From Octopus vulgaris (taxonomy: Eukaryota): a stretch of 64,000 bases of DNA. How positions within the stretch are numbered: position 1 is the first letter of the stretch; each line of letters opens with the position of its first letter. The stretch lies in assembly GCA_951406725.2 (NCBI GenBank), contig OX597821.1, positions 44,144,001 to 44,208,000 on the forward strand. Reading direction: 5' to 3'. The translations under genes and the position numbers were made by a program. A model generated the notes under the pieces. The model saw only the letters and a list, made by a program, of their open reading frames with translations. It did not search any database and was not told the DNA's origin. Positions 26,245-39,406 of this stretch are shown here, in pieces.

Positions 26245-26754
26245 CATTTCTTCTTTCTTCTTTCATGATGATGACAATGGTCATCATCATGTCAGTATCA
26301 TTACTACCGCCACCACCACCGCCACCACTACTACTATCATCATCATCATCATCATCATTTTTATTGTATTATGATGTTTTCTAATGTTATAGTTCTTTTT
26401 GGTGTCCTTATGACAACTAAAGAAATCATCATCATCATCATCATTATAACTCATAGTATCTGTATCAATAATGGTGTTATTGTTGTTGTTGTGATTGTTG
26501 TTCTTTCCCTCTCCTTCTCTCTTTCTCCCTCTCTCTCTCACTCTCTTTTACTATCTCCTTTTCTTTTCCTTTCATCGACTCACTCAGTCGTTCACTCAAG
26601 CTCTTACAGAAATAGAGAGAAATATTAGCATTGAAAAATATTGATTTATTTAAAAGGAAGAAGTGATTCAACTGAAACGAGTGTATTCTATTATGTTAGT
26701 GTTTCAGCCATTGCACGAGAAAAAGGGGTGAGAAAGAGAAAAAGGAAGAAAGAA

Positions 26755-26799
<45 letters not shown>

Positions 26800-26964
26800 A
26801 GGACACAGAGATGTAGAGAGCCTATTAGTAACAAACCTCAAGTGACTTCTCGATATCTTCAGTATCTTTTGAAATCCTTACTACATTAATTACCTACTGG
26901 TCTTACTTTCACTGCCGACAGCCCTGTCTTTATACACCTACCACATCATATACATACACAGGGT

Positions 26965-27115
26965 TATGCATATACATACGTATACACATATATATTCATG
27001 TGTGTGTGTACATATATGTATGTATGTATGTTTGTATGTATGTATATAAAGTACATAAGTATATGGCTATATATATGTGTGTGTGTGTGTGTATGTATGC
27101 ATGTGTGCGTGTACA

Positions 27116-27174
<59 letters not shown>

Positions 27175-27234
27175 ATACACATATATGTATATATATATAC
27201 ATATATATATATATATGCATACATACATACATGC

Positions 27235-27286
<52 letters not shown>

Positions 27287-27550
27287 TCATCATCATCATC
27301 ATCATCGTTTAACGTCCGTTCTCCATGCTAGCATGGGTTGGACGGTTCGACCGGGGTTCTGGGAAGCCAGAAGGCTGCACCAGGCTCCAGTCTAATCTGG
27401 CAATGTTTCTACAGCTGGATGCCCTTCCTAACGCCAACATAAGTGTGTATATATTTGTGTGTGTATATATATATATATACACACATACACACACACACAC
27501 ACATATATATATATACATATATATACATATATATATACATATATATATAC

Positions 27551-27602
<52 letters not shown>

Positions 27603-27604
27603 AC

Positions 27605-27659
<55 letters not shown>

Positions 27660-27660
27660 A

Positions 27661-27733
<73 letters not shown>

Positions 27734-27827
27734 AATACCAGCGTGGAAATCAGACATATGATGACGATGATCATATACTTGTGTATGTGCATGTGATGTA
27801 TGTATGTATGTAATGTATGTATGTATA

Positions 27828-27863
<36 letters not shown>

Positions 27864-27881
27864 TGTATGTATGTTTGCATG

Positions 27882-27912
<31 letters not shown>

Positions 27913-27975
27913 TGTATGTATGTATATATATATGTGTGTTTGTATGTATGTATGCATGTATGCATGCATGCATGT
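26965..27975. repeat. 1-kb compound (TA)n/(TATG)n microsatellite containing an RTE-type tail (27285-27440, minus)
   Basis: Direct reading; atcatcgtttaacgtccgtt...ctggatgcccttccta. Confidence 0.9.
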
Positions 27976-28494
27976 ATCATAATCCATTATCTAACTAAGC
28001 AAGAAAAATGAGAATATCAAATATTATCTACACATATCTTTCTTTAGTTTTTTTCTTTTTCTGCCCAATTATCAGGATAAATTTCCATTTCATTTTCTCA
28101 ATATTTTTTTACAGTTTTTTTTTTCTTTTTCATCTTGTAGTTTAAGAATAAAATATTAATTAATAATTAATATAACATTACTGTTTTCACTTTATTTTAA
28201 TTTTTTATTCTATTTTTGCTTTGTGTTTTTTGTTTTTAGGGGTTTTTTTTTTTTCCTTTTTTTGATGAAAATATAAATCAATAATGTTGTTTTCAGAAAG
28301 AAATTTTAGTTACAAGGCATACAGATGCATATTCTTCTTTTAAAATACTTTCATTTACCTTCTGCATCTATATTTTACTGACTTCACATTATTTTTTATC
28401 TGCTAACCACCTCTTACCCACTCTCTTGCCAACATACCTTCTCAGGCCTTCTCTCTGTCTGTCTGTCTCTCTCTCTCACACACATACACACACA

Positions 28495-28554
<60 letters not shown>

Positions 28555-28848
28555 CTCATTCTTTCTCTGCCAATCTTTCTACATAAACTTCATTCATTCT
28601 ATCCATAATTCATTCGTTTTTTTACCCCCTCTCATGCACAAATCTACATGCAAGCATATGTGTGTGGCTGTGCATATAGCAGTGCCTGTGGAGGTGTCTG
28701 TGTATGTCGTTGTGTATGTAGGTTTGTGTTTGTATATGTGATTGCATATGCATACACATCTATTTATGAGTACATATAAATTTTCATGAATATATTTGCA
28801 TTTGAGTGCAGATATAAAATATAAGTGTAACAGTTATAAATATATATA

Positions 28849-28895
<47 letters not shown>

Positions 28896-28900
28896 CACAC

Positions 28901-28957
<57 letters not shown>

Positions 28958-29205
28958 ATCTATCTATTTATCTATCTATACACACACACACATATATAAA
29001 TATATATACATATATATATATACACATACATATATATATAGAGAGAGAGGGAGAGAATGAGTGATGATACATATATAGACAAGATTTGTTCATACAATAT
29101 ATATATACATGCACACAGGCAAGGTATATATACTTATATATAAACATTCTAAACATGCATGATATATATTCATCTTACATGTGTGTATACACACACACAT
29201 ACACA

Positions 29206-29438
29206 CAGGGTTGGCCAAAAGTCACCCGACAGTAAATCAAAGCTCCATGAATACCATCTGTAACTCTGTATTGACTTGAATGGAAAAATGCGTCGCTCAA
29301 GAAGGACTTTAGTTTGAACAATCTTCATGATGTTTCATATTTAGGTGTTTTTCTTAAATTCATTCAGTTGTTAAACTTAAATAAATCTTGGAATTAAATG
29401 GCTTTGATTTACAGTCAGGTGACTTTTGGCCAACCCTA
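29206..29438. mobile_element. Tc1/mariner-type MITE
   Basis: About 38-bp TIRs cagggttggccaaaagtcacccgacagtaaatcaaagc / gctttgatttacagtcaggtgacttttggccaaccct. Confidence 0.9.
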
Positions 29439-29454
29439 TATATTCATGCACACA

Positions 29455-29499
<45 letters not shown>

Positions 29500-29504
<5 letters not shown>

Positions 29505-29642
29505 GCAAATAAGTAACAAGAATTTTAGGTAACATCCTTGTTACTTATTTGGTTTTTATTCACCTTACTTTGAGCAGATAATATTTAAGTGGCTTGGTGC
29601 ATCAACTTAAGTACCTTATTCAACTGAATCTTAATTATTTCC
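29500..29642 (+). repeat. terminal fragment of a Penelope-like repeat (inverted copy at 31797-31930)
   Basis: Reverse-complement match; both copies carry an aaataag.aaca...tgtt.cttattt palindrome. Confidence 0.6.
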
Positions 29643-29717
<75 letters not shown>

Positions 29718-29750
29718 CATCCATCCTTCCATCCATACATACATACATAC

Positions 29751-29809
<59 letters not shown>

Positions 29810-29815
29810 CATATG

Positions 29816-30622
29816 CAGGGGTTGGACAAAATAATGGAAACACCATAAAATTTCAAATAAATTTATTTTAATACGAGGTAGAACTGCCTTTGACAGTAAT
29901 TACAGCTTGAATTCTATGAGGTATGGACTCGTACAAAGTTTGAATTATTTCTGAAGGAATTTTTGTCCATTCTTCAGCTAAAACAGTCTCCAGTTTGTGT
30001 AGTGATGATGGTGGAGGATATTGACTCCTTACTTGTTTTTCTAAAATGCACCATAAATGTTCAATAATATTGAGATCTGGGGACTGTGGTGGCCAGATAA
30101 GATGTTCAACTTCACTAGAATGTTCCTCGTGCCATTCAGTAACAACTTTAGCTGTGGGAATTGGTGCATTATCATCCTGAAAGATTGCGTTTCTCTCCAG
30201 AAACAGTTCTGCAACCATAGGATGAATTTGTTCAGATAAAATGCTTAAATAGTCTTGACTATTAATTCTGCCATGAAGGGAAACCATTGGGCTGGCGAAT
30301 TTCCAAAATATAGCCCCACTCCCATCCCACCCCACCTTACTGATCATCTCAGATCCTGCTCCATGTTTAACAGTTGAAAGAAGGCAGTCTGGGTCAAATG
30401 CTTCTTTTGGCTGTCTCCACATGTATACTCAGTTGGCGGTCAGAAATAAGGTAAAGAATGATACGTCCAAGAAAATAACAGCAATTTTGGCAAAACATAT
30501 TAAGTAACACTAATAATGAATAAAAAAAACATAAAAATAAACAAGCTTTTTACGGTTTTATAGATATTTCAAATTTGTGATGCTATGATGCTAGTTGTTT
30601 CCATTATTTTGTCCAACCCCTG
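29816..30622 (-). mobile_element. internally deleted Tc1-like element with DD36E catalytic spacing
   Basis: Perfect 26-bp TIRs caggggttggacaaaataatggaaac, TA at the right end; ORF 29868-30422 with TVKHG, FQDDNAP, WPPQSPDLNIIEHLW; 36 residues between D and E. Confidence 0.93.
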
Positions 30623-31084
30623 TATATATATATATATATATATGTCGTCAGCATCAGTATCATCATCATCATCATCATCATCATGCATTGGTATTCCATG
30701 CTGTCATGTATCAGACAGTTTGACAGGATTTGACAGATGTGAAGACTGAAACATTAGACCTCGACAAAGTCATCTCACCTGTTGGAATCTGTTAAGTTCT
30801 CAAACCTATGCCAGCATGGAATACAGATGCTCAATGATGATGACAAAAATGATATTACATAAATCCACACTCAACCCCACCCCCACATACATACATATTA
30901 TATATATATCACTATCGTTCTCTATCTGTCTATCTATCTTATCTATCTATAATTACACACACACACAATACATATATATTAAATATATATTGTATGATAT
31001 CTATATATATGTGTATGTCTATACTATATACATGTATAAATATTCTATTATGTATAGATATATAAAAACTCAAATCAAAGGTCC

Positions 31085-31288
31085 CTCTTGAGCTCATAAG
31101 GCTGGTTTCCCAGGTCCTGTGGTATATATACCCCCCACTGGATAGGATGCCAGTCCAGCAGAGGGTTACTGATTTTTGGTTGCTGAGGGAAATAGTGTGA
31201 CATGAAGTGCATTGCCAAATCCAGATATTGAAACCTCAATCTTTCACTCAAAAGTATAACATTCTAAAACACTAAGCTACATGCTTTC
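31085..31288 (-). mobile_element. decayed tRNA-derived SINE with V-domain-like motif
   Basis: Minus-strand head gaaagcatgtagcttagtg and ggactggcatcctatccagtgggg. Confidence 0.5.
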
Positions 31289-31345
31289 ATGTGTGTGTGT
31301 ATATATATATATATCAAAATAAGCAACAAGGATATCCAGAGGTAA

Positions 31346-31437
31346 TGCAGTACGATTGTTTCATGTGACTCCATTTAATTGAACAATGCAATCATTTTGT
31401 TACGTCAATTTAAAATGTAGAGCAATCTTCAGCTGCA
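31346..31437 (-). ncRNA. type I hammerhead ribozyme motif with long stem II
   Basis: UGCAG CUGAAGA [long imperfect hairpin] GAAAC AAUC GUA CUGCA; perfect 5-bp stem I. Confidence 0.7.
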
Positions 31438-31552
31438 CAAAGACATAGAATTTAATTAAATTAGAACAGAAGGACATATTAGTATAATTTTACCTAAAAT
31501 CTAGAAGTTAAGGAGATAGACAAAGAACATGTTGTACCAACAATATCATAGT

Positions 31553-31772
31553 TGTGTGTGGGTGTGACTGCGTGTGTACCGTTGGAGATTTTTTTTTTCC
31601 TCTGTCTTTCCTTCTCTGGATCTTTCCTTCTCCTATGTTTCCGACGAAGAGCTCCACTCGAAACGTTAAATCCTCCTTCTTTCCTTCTTTCCTGAGTGTC
31701 CAATAATACTATATTTGTTCCACGTCCTCGCGTTGTTGTGTTTTTTTGTGCTTTCATGTTTGGATTAACTTT
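31553..31772 (+). mobile_element. Penelope-like terminal repeat with degenerate hammerhead (31636-31672)
   Basis: guuu CCGACGA A GAG cucca CUC GAAAC GUUA aa; decayed inverted relative at 39415-39605. Confidence 0.65.
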
Positions 31773-32096
31773 ATATATATATATATATATATAAAAGAAA
31801 TAATTGAGATTCAGTTGAATTAGGTACTTAAGTTGAAGGACCAAGTCAGTCCGGTATTATCCGCACAGCTCAAAGTAAGGTGAATAAATTCAAAATAAGC
31901 AACAGTATATCCTGTTGCTTATTTTGATTATATATATAATTGGAGTGGTTGGTGTTAGGAAAGGCATCCAGCCTTAGAAACCATGCTAAATCAGACTGGC
32001 GTCTGGTGCAGCCTTCCAGCTTGCCAGCATGGACAACGGACGTTAAATGATGATGATGATGTATGTGTGCGTGTATGTGTATAAACATGTACCTCA

Positions 32097-32716
32097 TTTT
32101 TGCATTTGGTTTGCTAGATTTTTTATGTTAATTCATGTGTTGAAATAAATTTTGTTGTGTTTTGGGAAGGTCATTACATCAATGATAAGTACATGCACTG
32201 GTTCGATATCACTTCTTTATTGTTAGTCAGTCAGTTAAATATCTAACCAACTAACTAATTGATCATTTGTTTAATGCATTGGTTAAACAATCAGTTGGCT
32301 GCTTGTTTGTCATTGATAAGGTCATGAATAGAGACGAAAGGACTTCAACAAACTATCAACCAATTGGTTGCTTAACTGAGACATTAAGCACATCAAACAT
32401 TTGTTGGTTGGTTAGATATTCAACTGATTGACTAACAATAAGGATGCAATACTGAACCAGCATGTGTGTGTTTATTATTATTGGTGTGAGAATTTCCACT
32501 CATTTACTTACTTATTTTTTTCTATGATTTTTGTGGTGTCTTGCAACCACTTCAAAAATTTTAGAAAGAAATATGTAAGTAAATAAGTGGAAATTGAAGC
32601 AGTGAGTTTGTTAAGTAATAAGGCACTAAAATATAATGACTATCCCCAGATACAATAAAATATGCTTCAACACATGAATTCACATAAAGAATCTTGCAAA
32701 CCAAATATGAAAACAA
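32097..32716. mobile_element. outer palindromic (inverted-pair) element
   Basis: 32097-32175 plus 32489-32535 are the reverse complement of 32550-32716; partial copy at 22400-22495. Confidence 0.75.
32176..32488 (+). mobile_element. inner foldback element with decayed hammerhead at its apex
   Basis: About 135-bp imperfect arms around the loop ttgataa g gtc..gac gaaa ggac tt (32313-32345). Confidence 0.7.
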
Positions 32717-33289
32717 AATATATGTATATGTGTATATATATATATATACACCCACACATATATGCATATACATACACCACATGTTTATGCATGTGTGTAT
32801 ATATATATATGTGTGTGTGTATAAAAGTATGTATAATAATTTAATCCATAATCATTAATTTGCTGAAATCTGCTTTGTTTCTCTTATGGCTTATTGAGAA
32901 CAAAATATATTTTGTCAAGCTAATGATTATAGATTAATTGTTTATTCACTCTCAGGGTTATCTTGGAGTTCTTCATTCTAAGTGGCCAGATATAGCTTCC
33001 TTGTCACACCCTAGAATATATATAAATGTATGTATATCCATCTGTCTCTTTCTCTTTATATGTAAGTGTGTGTGTGTGTGTGTGTGTGTATAAATGTGTG
33101 TACATATATATAAATATATATATATTCACACGCACATACTCATGCATGTATGCATATATTTAACTCTCTCTCTCTCTCTTTCTTTTACTTTTACTCATTT
33201 CAGTCAGAGGGTCATGTCATGCTAGAGACCCACCAATATGATTGTTTGTTTATTTCCATGTCCCTGTCTCTGTGTTTTGCTCTGTTGAA

Positions 33290-34620
33290 CAAGGAAGTTG
33301 CACATCTCCCTCATTTGCATTTCTTGCCATGATATAAGTTCTTCTTGTATCTCAGATAAAAACTCATTTAAGTGTTTTTAAATGCATCCATGAGGTTTTT
33401 AACAATATAATAAAAAAATAAAAAAACCAGGGACTCTCAAATCTTAATACAACGTGGAGTTCCTTATTCTAGATTGAGAAGTTGTACCTTTCTTCAATGT
33501 AGTAGTATCCAGCTTGGAGTTCAGTCTAGCTGTCAGTTCCAAAGTTAGATACTTGCTACTCCATTATCTCACATACATACATACACACATGCACACACAC
33601 ACAAACTTACACACAAACTTACACACACACTCACACACAAACTCACATACACGTATATATTCATTTAACACTGCATATACTCTATGTCTTCGCTCTTGTG
33701 AGTAGGGCCTCAGTTCTATTATCTCCCCATGGCTCATCTGTTGTACTTAGACGACCTTCTTGGAATAACAGCCCTTTAGTTTGATACTATGCGACAATCA
33801 TAACTAGAAGCAGTGCTTCGGATGATGGGCAAAAAGTGTTTTCCACAGAATCAGTATAGTTTCTGTTTTACTTGTTCCGAAATATCTCAAAATCCATCAA
33901 GCCAGTTCTCCACACGCTGCTATCATCTTAATATGCACATAGAATGACCCCTGCGGGTTCCCAGATCAAGCACTGACTGTGTATCCAGGATTGCAATAAC
34001 CTTTAGCTTTGTGTGTTTAGATTGTAATCTGTTTGTGTGCTGATACCCTTTAACTGCATGTTGTTTTCTTCAGCCCACTTAAAATATTGCTTTCAGTTTT
34101 TCCTGTAGCTTTGTGTCATCATCAGTGTTTTTGACTGCTTGTAATGCTTTTGTGAGATATGACAAATGCATGCCTGAGAGAAGTACCACAAATAGTAGTG
34201 GTCCAAGTATAGTTCTCTGTGAGTCTCTGCTATGAGTTGTAGTTTCCTTGGAGACATCAGTTTACTACAATTTTCTGACCCTACATTACAAAAAGTCTTC
34301 AAAGCCACTCCCTTAGTTGTTCAACTATGTCAAAATCATTCAGTTTGTGACATATTATTCCATGTTCAACTTTATCATAGACCTTTACAAAATCGAGATA
34401 TATCACATCTACATTTAAATGATTGGTCTGCAGTTTCAGTATTCAATTGTAATGCTATAATAGCCATGCAAAGCAGCTCCTTCCTGGATAGATTTTTCTG
34501 TGATTTTCTAATACAAACACAATCTTTTTCCTTCTAACAATGCATTTAAGTCAGAAAGATAGGCCTATAATTCTCAGCATCTACTGCACTTCCTCTTTTA
34601 TAAATAGGGTGTATTATACC
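33290..34620 (-). mobile_element. decayed CR1-group LINE (RT and C-terminal region)
   Basis: GRSC, VDVIYLDFVKVYDKVEHG and WILRYF...ILWKTL motifs with many stops. Confidence 0.8.
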
Positions 34621-34713
34621 TTCCTTTAACATTTTGTGAAGTTTGCTACTTTTCTGGAAAAATATCTGCAGTTGTTTTTAGGGAAAGCTATCTTGCATGT
34701 TTTTAAAGCATAT

Positions 34714-34770
<57 letters not shown>

Positions 34771-34786
34771 CGTATAAATTTACACA

Positions 34787-35630
34787 CACACATGACAGAA
34801 GCAAATAGACACCCTTATAATTGCTAAAATTTATTTAAACCTGAAAATATATTTTCGAATTATTTATCAATTACTATAACATGAATATCTAACATTTAGT
34901 AGATGTGCTCTTTGCATTTTTCAATGCAAGGACCCTATTAGGCATGCTACTGATCAGATGATGAATATTCTCTTGAGGAATTTCTTGCTAAATCTCATGC
35001 AGTATTCTCAATAGATCTTGCTTTGAGGATGCTTTCTCATTCTTTTTATGAAGTGTCCTGTCCATTATGCCCAAGGGGTGTTCAATAGGGTTCATATCTG
35101 GAGATTGGCTTAGCCTTGGAAGCTTTTTAATGCCATTCTCTTCCAGCCAATCTTGAGTCTTTTTAGCTGTGTGACGAAGAGTCCCATCTTCCATAAATAA
35201 AGAGTCTTCTTTAATTATTTCACCACAGGAGAAGACTGGAAGGAGTCCTCTCTGTAATATGGACACATATTTATCTGAGCTTATGTTTCCCCTTACACTC
35301 CACAAAATCTGTTCAACCATTGCTCCAAATTGCTCCCCAGACCATCACAGAATAGCTGCATTGTTTCATTATTGGCTGCAATCTTTTCACGTTAAATTCT
35401 TGATCACAGAATCTAAAGGCCCACACTTTATCACTGTCAGAAAATACAGCAAATCTGGACCCATCAGAGAATATGACAATGTCTCAAAATGCTAGTGGCC
35501 TTTCCACCATCTCACTGGCTCAATCTTTTCTCTGCTTGATATTGGCTGGTCGAATGCGTGGCTTCCTTCTTGCTGCTCTGCCATAGTAGCCAAGTTTGTG
35601 GAGATACCTGACAGTTGTTCTGGGACTCCG
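34787..35630 (-). mobile_element. 5'-truncated Tc1 (DD34E) element
   Basis: ARRKP, VIFSDGSRF, FMEDG...QSPDMNPIEH (34 spacing); TIR-like end near 34790. Confidence 0.88.
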
Positions 35631-36328
35631 GGCGACTTCAGAATCTCCTGCAACTCTTCTTGTTTAAGGTGGTCAATGCTGCCATAATCCTTGCCTTTGG
35701 TTCATCTTTGGTGTTACAAAGGAATTTTGTTGGTCTCTCGCTCAACTGTGCCCCACACATAATAATCAAATGGGGTTGGAGTCTGGCGAGTTAGGTGACC
35801 AGATGTTAGGGGTGGGTGGTGTGGTTGCAGAAATTGTCTGACAGCCATGAATAGGTTCTCCTGCTTGTGTGGCATGGTGCAGAGTCCTGTTGCCAGACAC
35901 AGGGTCTTCAAGCAGCCACCCTCTTGACAGAGGGCAGCACTACCTCCTTCAGGCACTTGATGTAGGCCTCTGTGTTGAGTCTGAGGCCATGTAGGAAGAT
36001 GAATGGAGGCATACTATTGCCATCACTAGTGATCACTCCAAACAGGTTGATGTTGACTGGATGTTTGATTTTTATCACTCTTGGTATATGCCCTCAGACT
36101 GCACTGTCCTCAGATTGACACCCAAACACTCTGAAATGTTTGTATTGGAGCTTCCAGCATGTACTGCATGTTTCCTAATTTCTGGCAGAGTGAATTGCAT
36201 CATGGTGTTGTTTTTCTCACAGACAGTGCCCAACTGATCCTACTAGTAGTTGACAAAATCAAAAACAAGCAATGCACATGTGTGAAATTTAAAATATAAA
36301 ATGGTGACAATTTACCCATTGCACCCTG
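35631..36328 (-). mobile_element. DD37D (maT) element, 3'-truncated
   Basis: Collinear with 4876-5580; terminus ccattgcaccctg|TA; FDYYVWG motif. Confidence 0.9.
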
Positions 36329-37589
36329 TATATATATGTGTGTGTGTGTGTGTGTTTATATATACACAGATATATATATGTATATATATATACACACACA
36401 TACACACACATATGTATCTGTGTGTGTGTGTGTGCGCATGAGCATGTATGCATGTGTGCGTTTGTGTGCTTATTATCATTTAGCCTTTATTTTTCCAAGC
36501 TGACATGGGTTAGACTGTTCAACAGGATCCAACAGGTCAGAGGACCACATCTTCTTCTAATGTCTTAGTTTTAGTATGGTTTCTACAGCTGGATGCTTTT
36601 TCTGATGCCAACCACTTTACAGAGTGTGCTGGGTGTTATATTTCTGAGACTACCATGCATCCCACAAAACATAGAGCACCTTTGTCTGATGGATGCATTG
36701 TAGAGTGGAAGGTAGCTTTATACACAGTGATGAGAGTTTAAGGAAGAGAAGAAGGAGCAGGAAATGGTTTGTTGTTCTAAAGGAGATACATAGCAACTCC
36801 ACAGAATATAAGAGTGAGTTGCAGTAAGTAAATGCTGTGGAGATGAAACAAGAGATAAAGATTGTGGTGACAATATCTTAGACAAGGCATCAAGGTACAT
36901 GAAAGTGAGTGGAATTGTGTGGATGGAGAAGATTAGAGAAGATAGATGGGTAAAGTTTGTAAGAGTGGAGAGCAGTCAATAGTAAATATGAGTAAGGAGG
37001 AAGATGATAAGAACAAAGACTGGTTGTTAATAGAAGTTGCTTAGGGTAGAAAAGAAATGATGACTAGCAGTCCAGAAAGGGAAGAACAGGAGATTATGAC
37101 AGTAAATAAGGAACGGGTGGGAGGTAAGGAGATGACGGATGGGGATGGGTGGGTGGTTAAAGGTTACAAGATTTGAAGTGAGAGTGAAGGAGGTATTGTT
37201 TAGAGTTAGAGGTGGTCAGCAGTGCTTAAATATGAATGTAGCAATGGCAGGAGGCAAGATGGTCAGTAGAAGATCTGAGACTGTTAAGAATAATGTATAG
37301 GTGTCACAATCACAAAGAGGTGCCACAATGAAGGTGGAGTGGTGATTGGCAGCACAGAAAGGGTAGGAAATGGAAAATATGAATAGGCAGAATGGTGTTA
37401 AGAATAAAGAATGGATATCAAAAGGAAGTGGTTCAAAGAAGAGGATGACAGAAAGGGATAGTTCTGCTTTCTATTTAATTAAAGCAGAATAATGCAGTAG
37501 GGAGATGAATGATAAAGAGATGAGTGATAGGGAAATGAAGAGGTACAGGGACATATTGACTGAGAAAACCACTTGTGTGCATACACATA

Positions 37590-38660
37590 ATACCTTTAGA
37601 ATCATAGTTTGCCATGATAGGTGTGTTCCAGAGCGCCACCTATTGCCAATCATCTCAGTGCTTTGTCATCTCCACCATGAGACTCAGCATTTTGAGATCC
37701 ACCTTCACTACTTTATCCCACATCTTCCTGAGTCTTCTTTTTCTACAGGTTCCATCCACAATAAGCCATCAGTGCTTCTTCATGCTCTCATCAATATGCA
37801 TCACATACCCATACTAATAAAGTCTCCTCTCTAGCACTCTACATCTCATTCCTTTTATACTCAGCTTTTCTCTCAACAACATTTATACACACTGCCAACA
37901 TTTATACACACTGACATTGCACATCTAGTAAAACATGCTAACTTCATTTCTTTCAAGCCTTTGCATGTCCTTTGCATTCAAAGAACATGTTTCACTACCT
38001 TGTAGTATTGAAGTTTGTACACAAGCATCATACAATCTGTCTTTCATTCTGAGAGAAACTTTTCTTTATGAAAAGGAATACTAAGTACAGAAAATTACTT
38101 TTAGCTGAATACTATTTCTCTAGTTGCCTTACTAGAAAGTGGGCATCAGAAGTATTGCTTCCTGGCACAAAACTGAACTGTTTCTCTACTAGGCTAACTC
38201 TCTAAGTAATTGAGCTATGATTCTTTCTGTAATTTTCATGGCCTGGTAATTTGTTACACCTGCAATAACTCATATCTAAGGCATCTCCTTTATCCTTGTA
38301 ATAAGTTGACTATGAAGCTGTTGTACCATTCATAGATACAATATGATTGAATATACAAGTGACCAAGCTGTATTCTATGTCACCAGATATTTCAAGCATC
38401 TCAAGCCGTAATTCCCTACCTTCATATCCTTAATTGATTTATCTATCATACTACTGTCAATTAGAATAGTTGGCGCATCTTTTAGGCTCACATTTGGGAG
38501 ACCCTTTTTCTCCTATGCATTCTCCATCTTTTATAGCTTCTCATAGTAGCACATGCCACTTTCTTTTCAGAATCATGTAGTGAAAGTGTACCATTATCTA
38601 TCCAAATGAACTTCTCACCAATAATATCTTGATTCTCTCTGAAGCATTGTTTTGTTCTCT
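37590..38660 (-). mobile_element. decayed RTE LINE
   Basis: RENQDIIGEK and RKMWDKVVKVDLKML-type motifs; similar to other RTE fragments in the window. Confidence 0.7.
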
Positions 38661-38662
38661 CA

Positions 38663-38711
<49 letters not shown>

Positions 38712-38884
38712 TCGAAAAATACCTTAGGGACGAGAACCCAGGTTTGAAATTTCCTCAAGACACCTGATGAAGGCTGGAGGGTATATCAGCTGAAACGTTG
38801 GTTTAACAACAAGAAAAACGAGGACAAATATCCGTCAAATGTAAATAATGTACATAATCCTACATCTCTTAAATATAGAGCTGT
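38663..38884 (+). mobile_element. headless copy of the (TAA)n-hammerhead element (hammerhead 38759-38804)
   Basis: CUGAUGA A GGCUG..CAGCU GAAAC GUU; collinear with the reverse complement of 41804-41956. Confidence 0.85.
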
Positions 38885-38887
38885 ATA

Positions 38888-39106
38888 TGAGGGTATGTTG
38901 AAAAGTTCCTGGTTTTGGGTAAAAGAAAATACAGGAGGTCATCAGTTAATTATGATTTTATTCAACATATTCCCCTTTCAGATTCACACACTTATTGCAG
39001 TAGTACTTCAGCTTTTCTAATCCTTGAACAAGAAGTCAGAAGGTTGGGCCTCCAACCAGGCCTTTCATAATATCCTTGAAGCCTGGAACTTTTCAGCACC
39101 CCTTCA
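38888..39106. mobile_element. mariner-type MITE
   Basis: TIRs gagggtatgttgaaaagttcc / ggaacttttcagcacccct, flanked by TA. Confidence 0.85.
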
Positions 39107-39366
39107 TATATACGCATGACTGAAAGGTTAAGAAGTTCACTTCCCAGTCATGTGACTTTCACTTCAATATTGGACGGATATTTTTTACTATTATTGCCTT
39201 GAGTCAAATAAACTGTGTGAATGGATGTGATAGACAGAACTTGAAAGAAGCCCATTGTATGCTTGTGTATGTATGTATGTATGTATGTATGTATGTATGT
39301 ATGTATGTATGTATGTATGTATGTATGTATGTATGTATGTATGTATGTATGTATGTATGTATGTAT

Positions 39367-39406
<40 letters not shown>

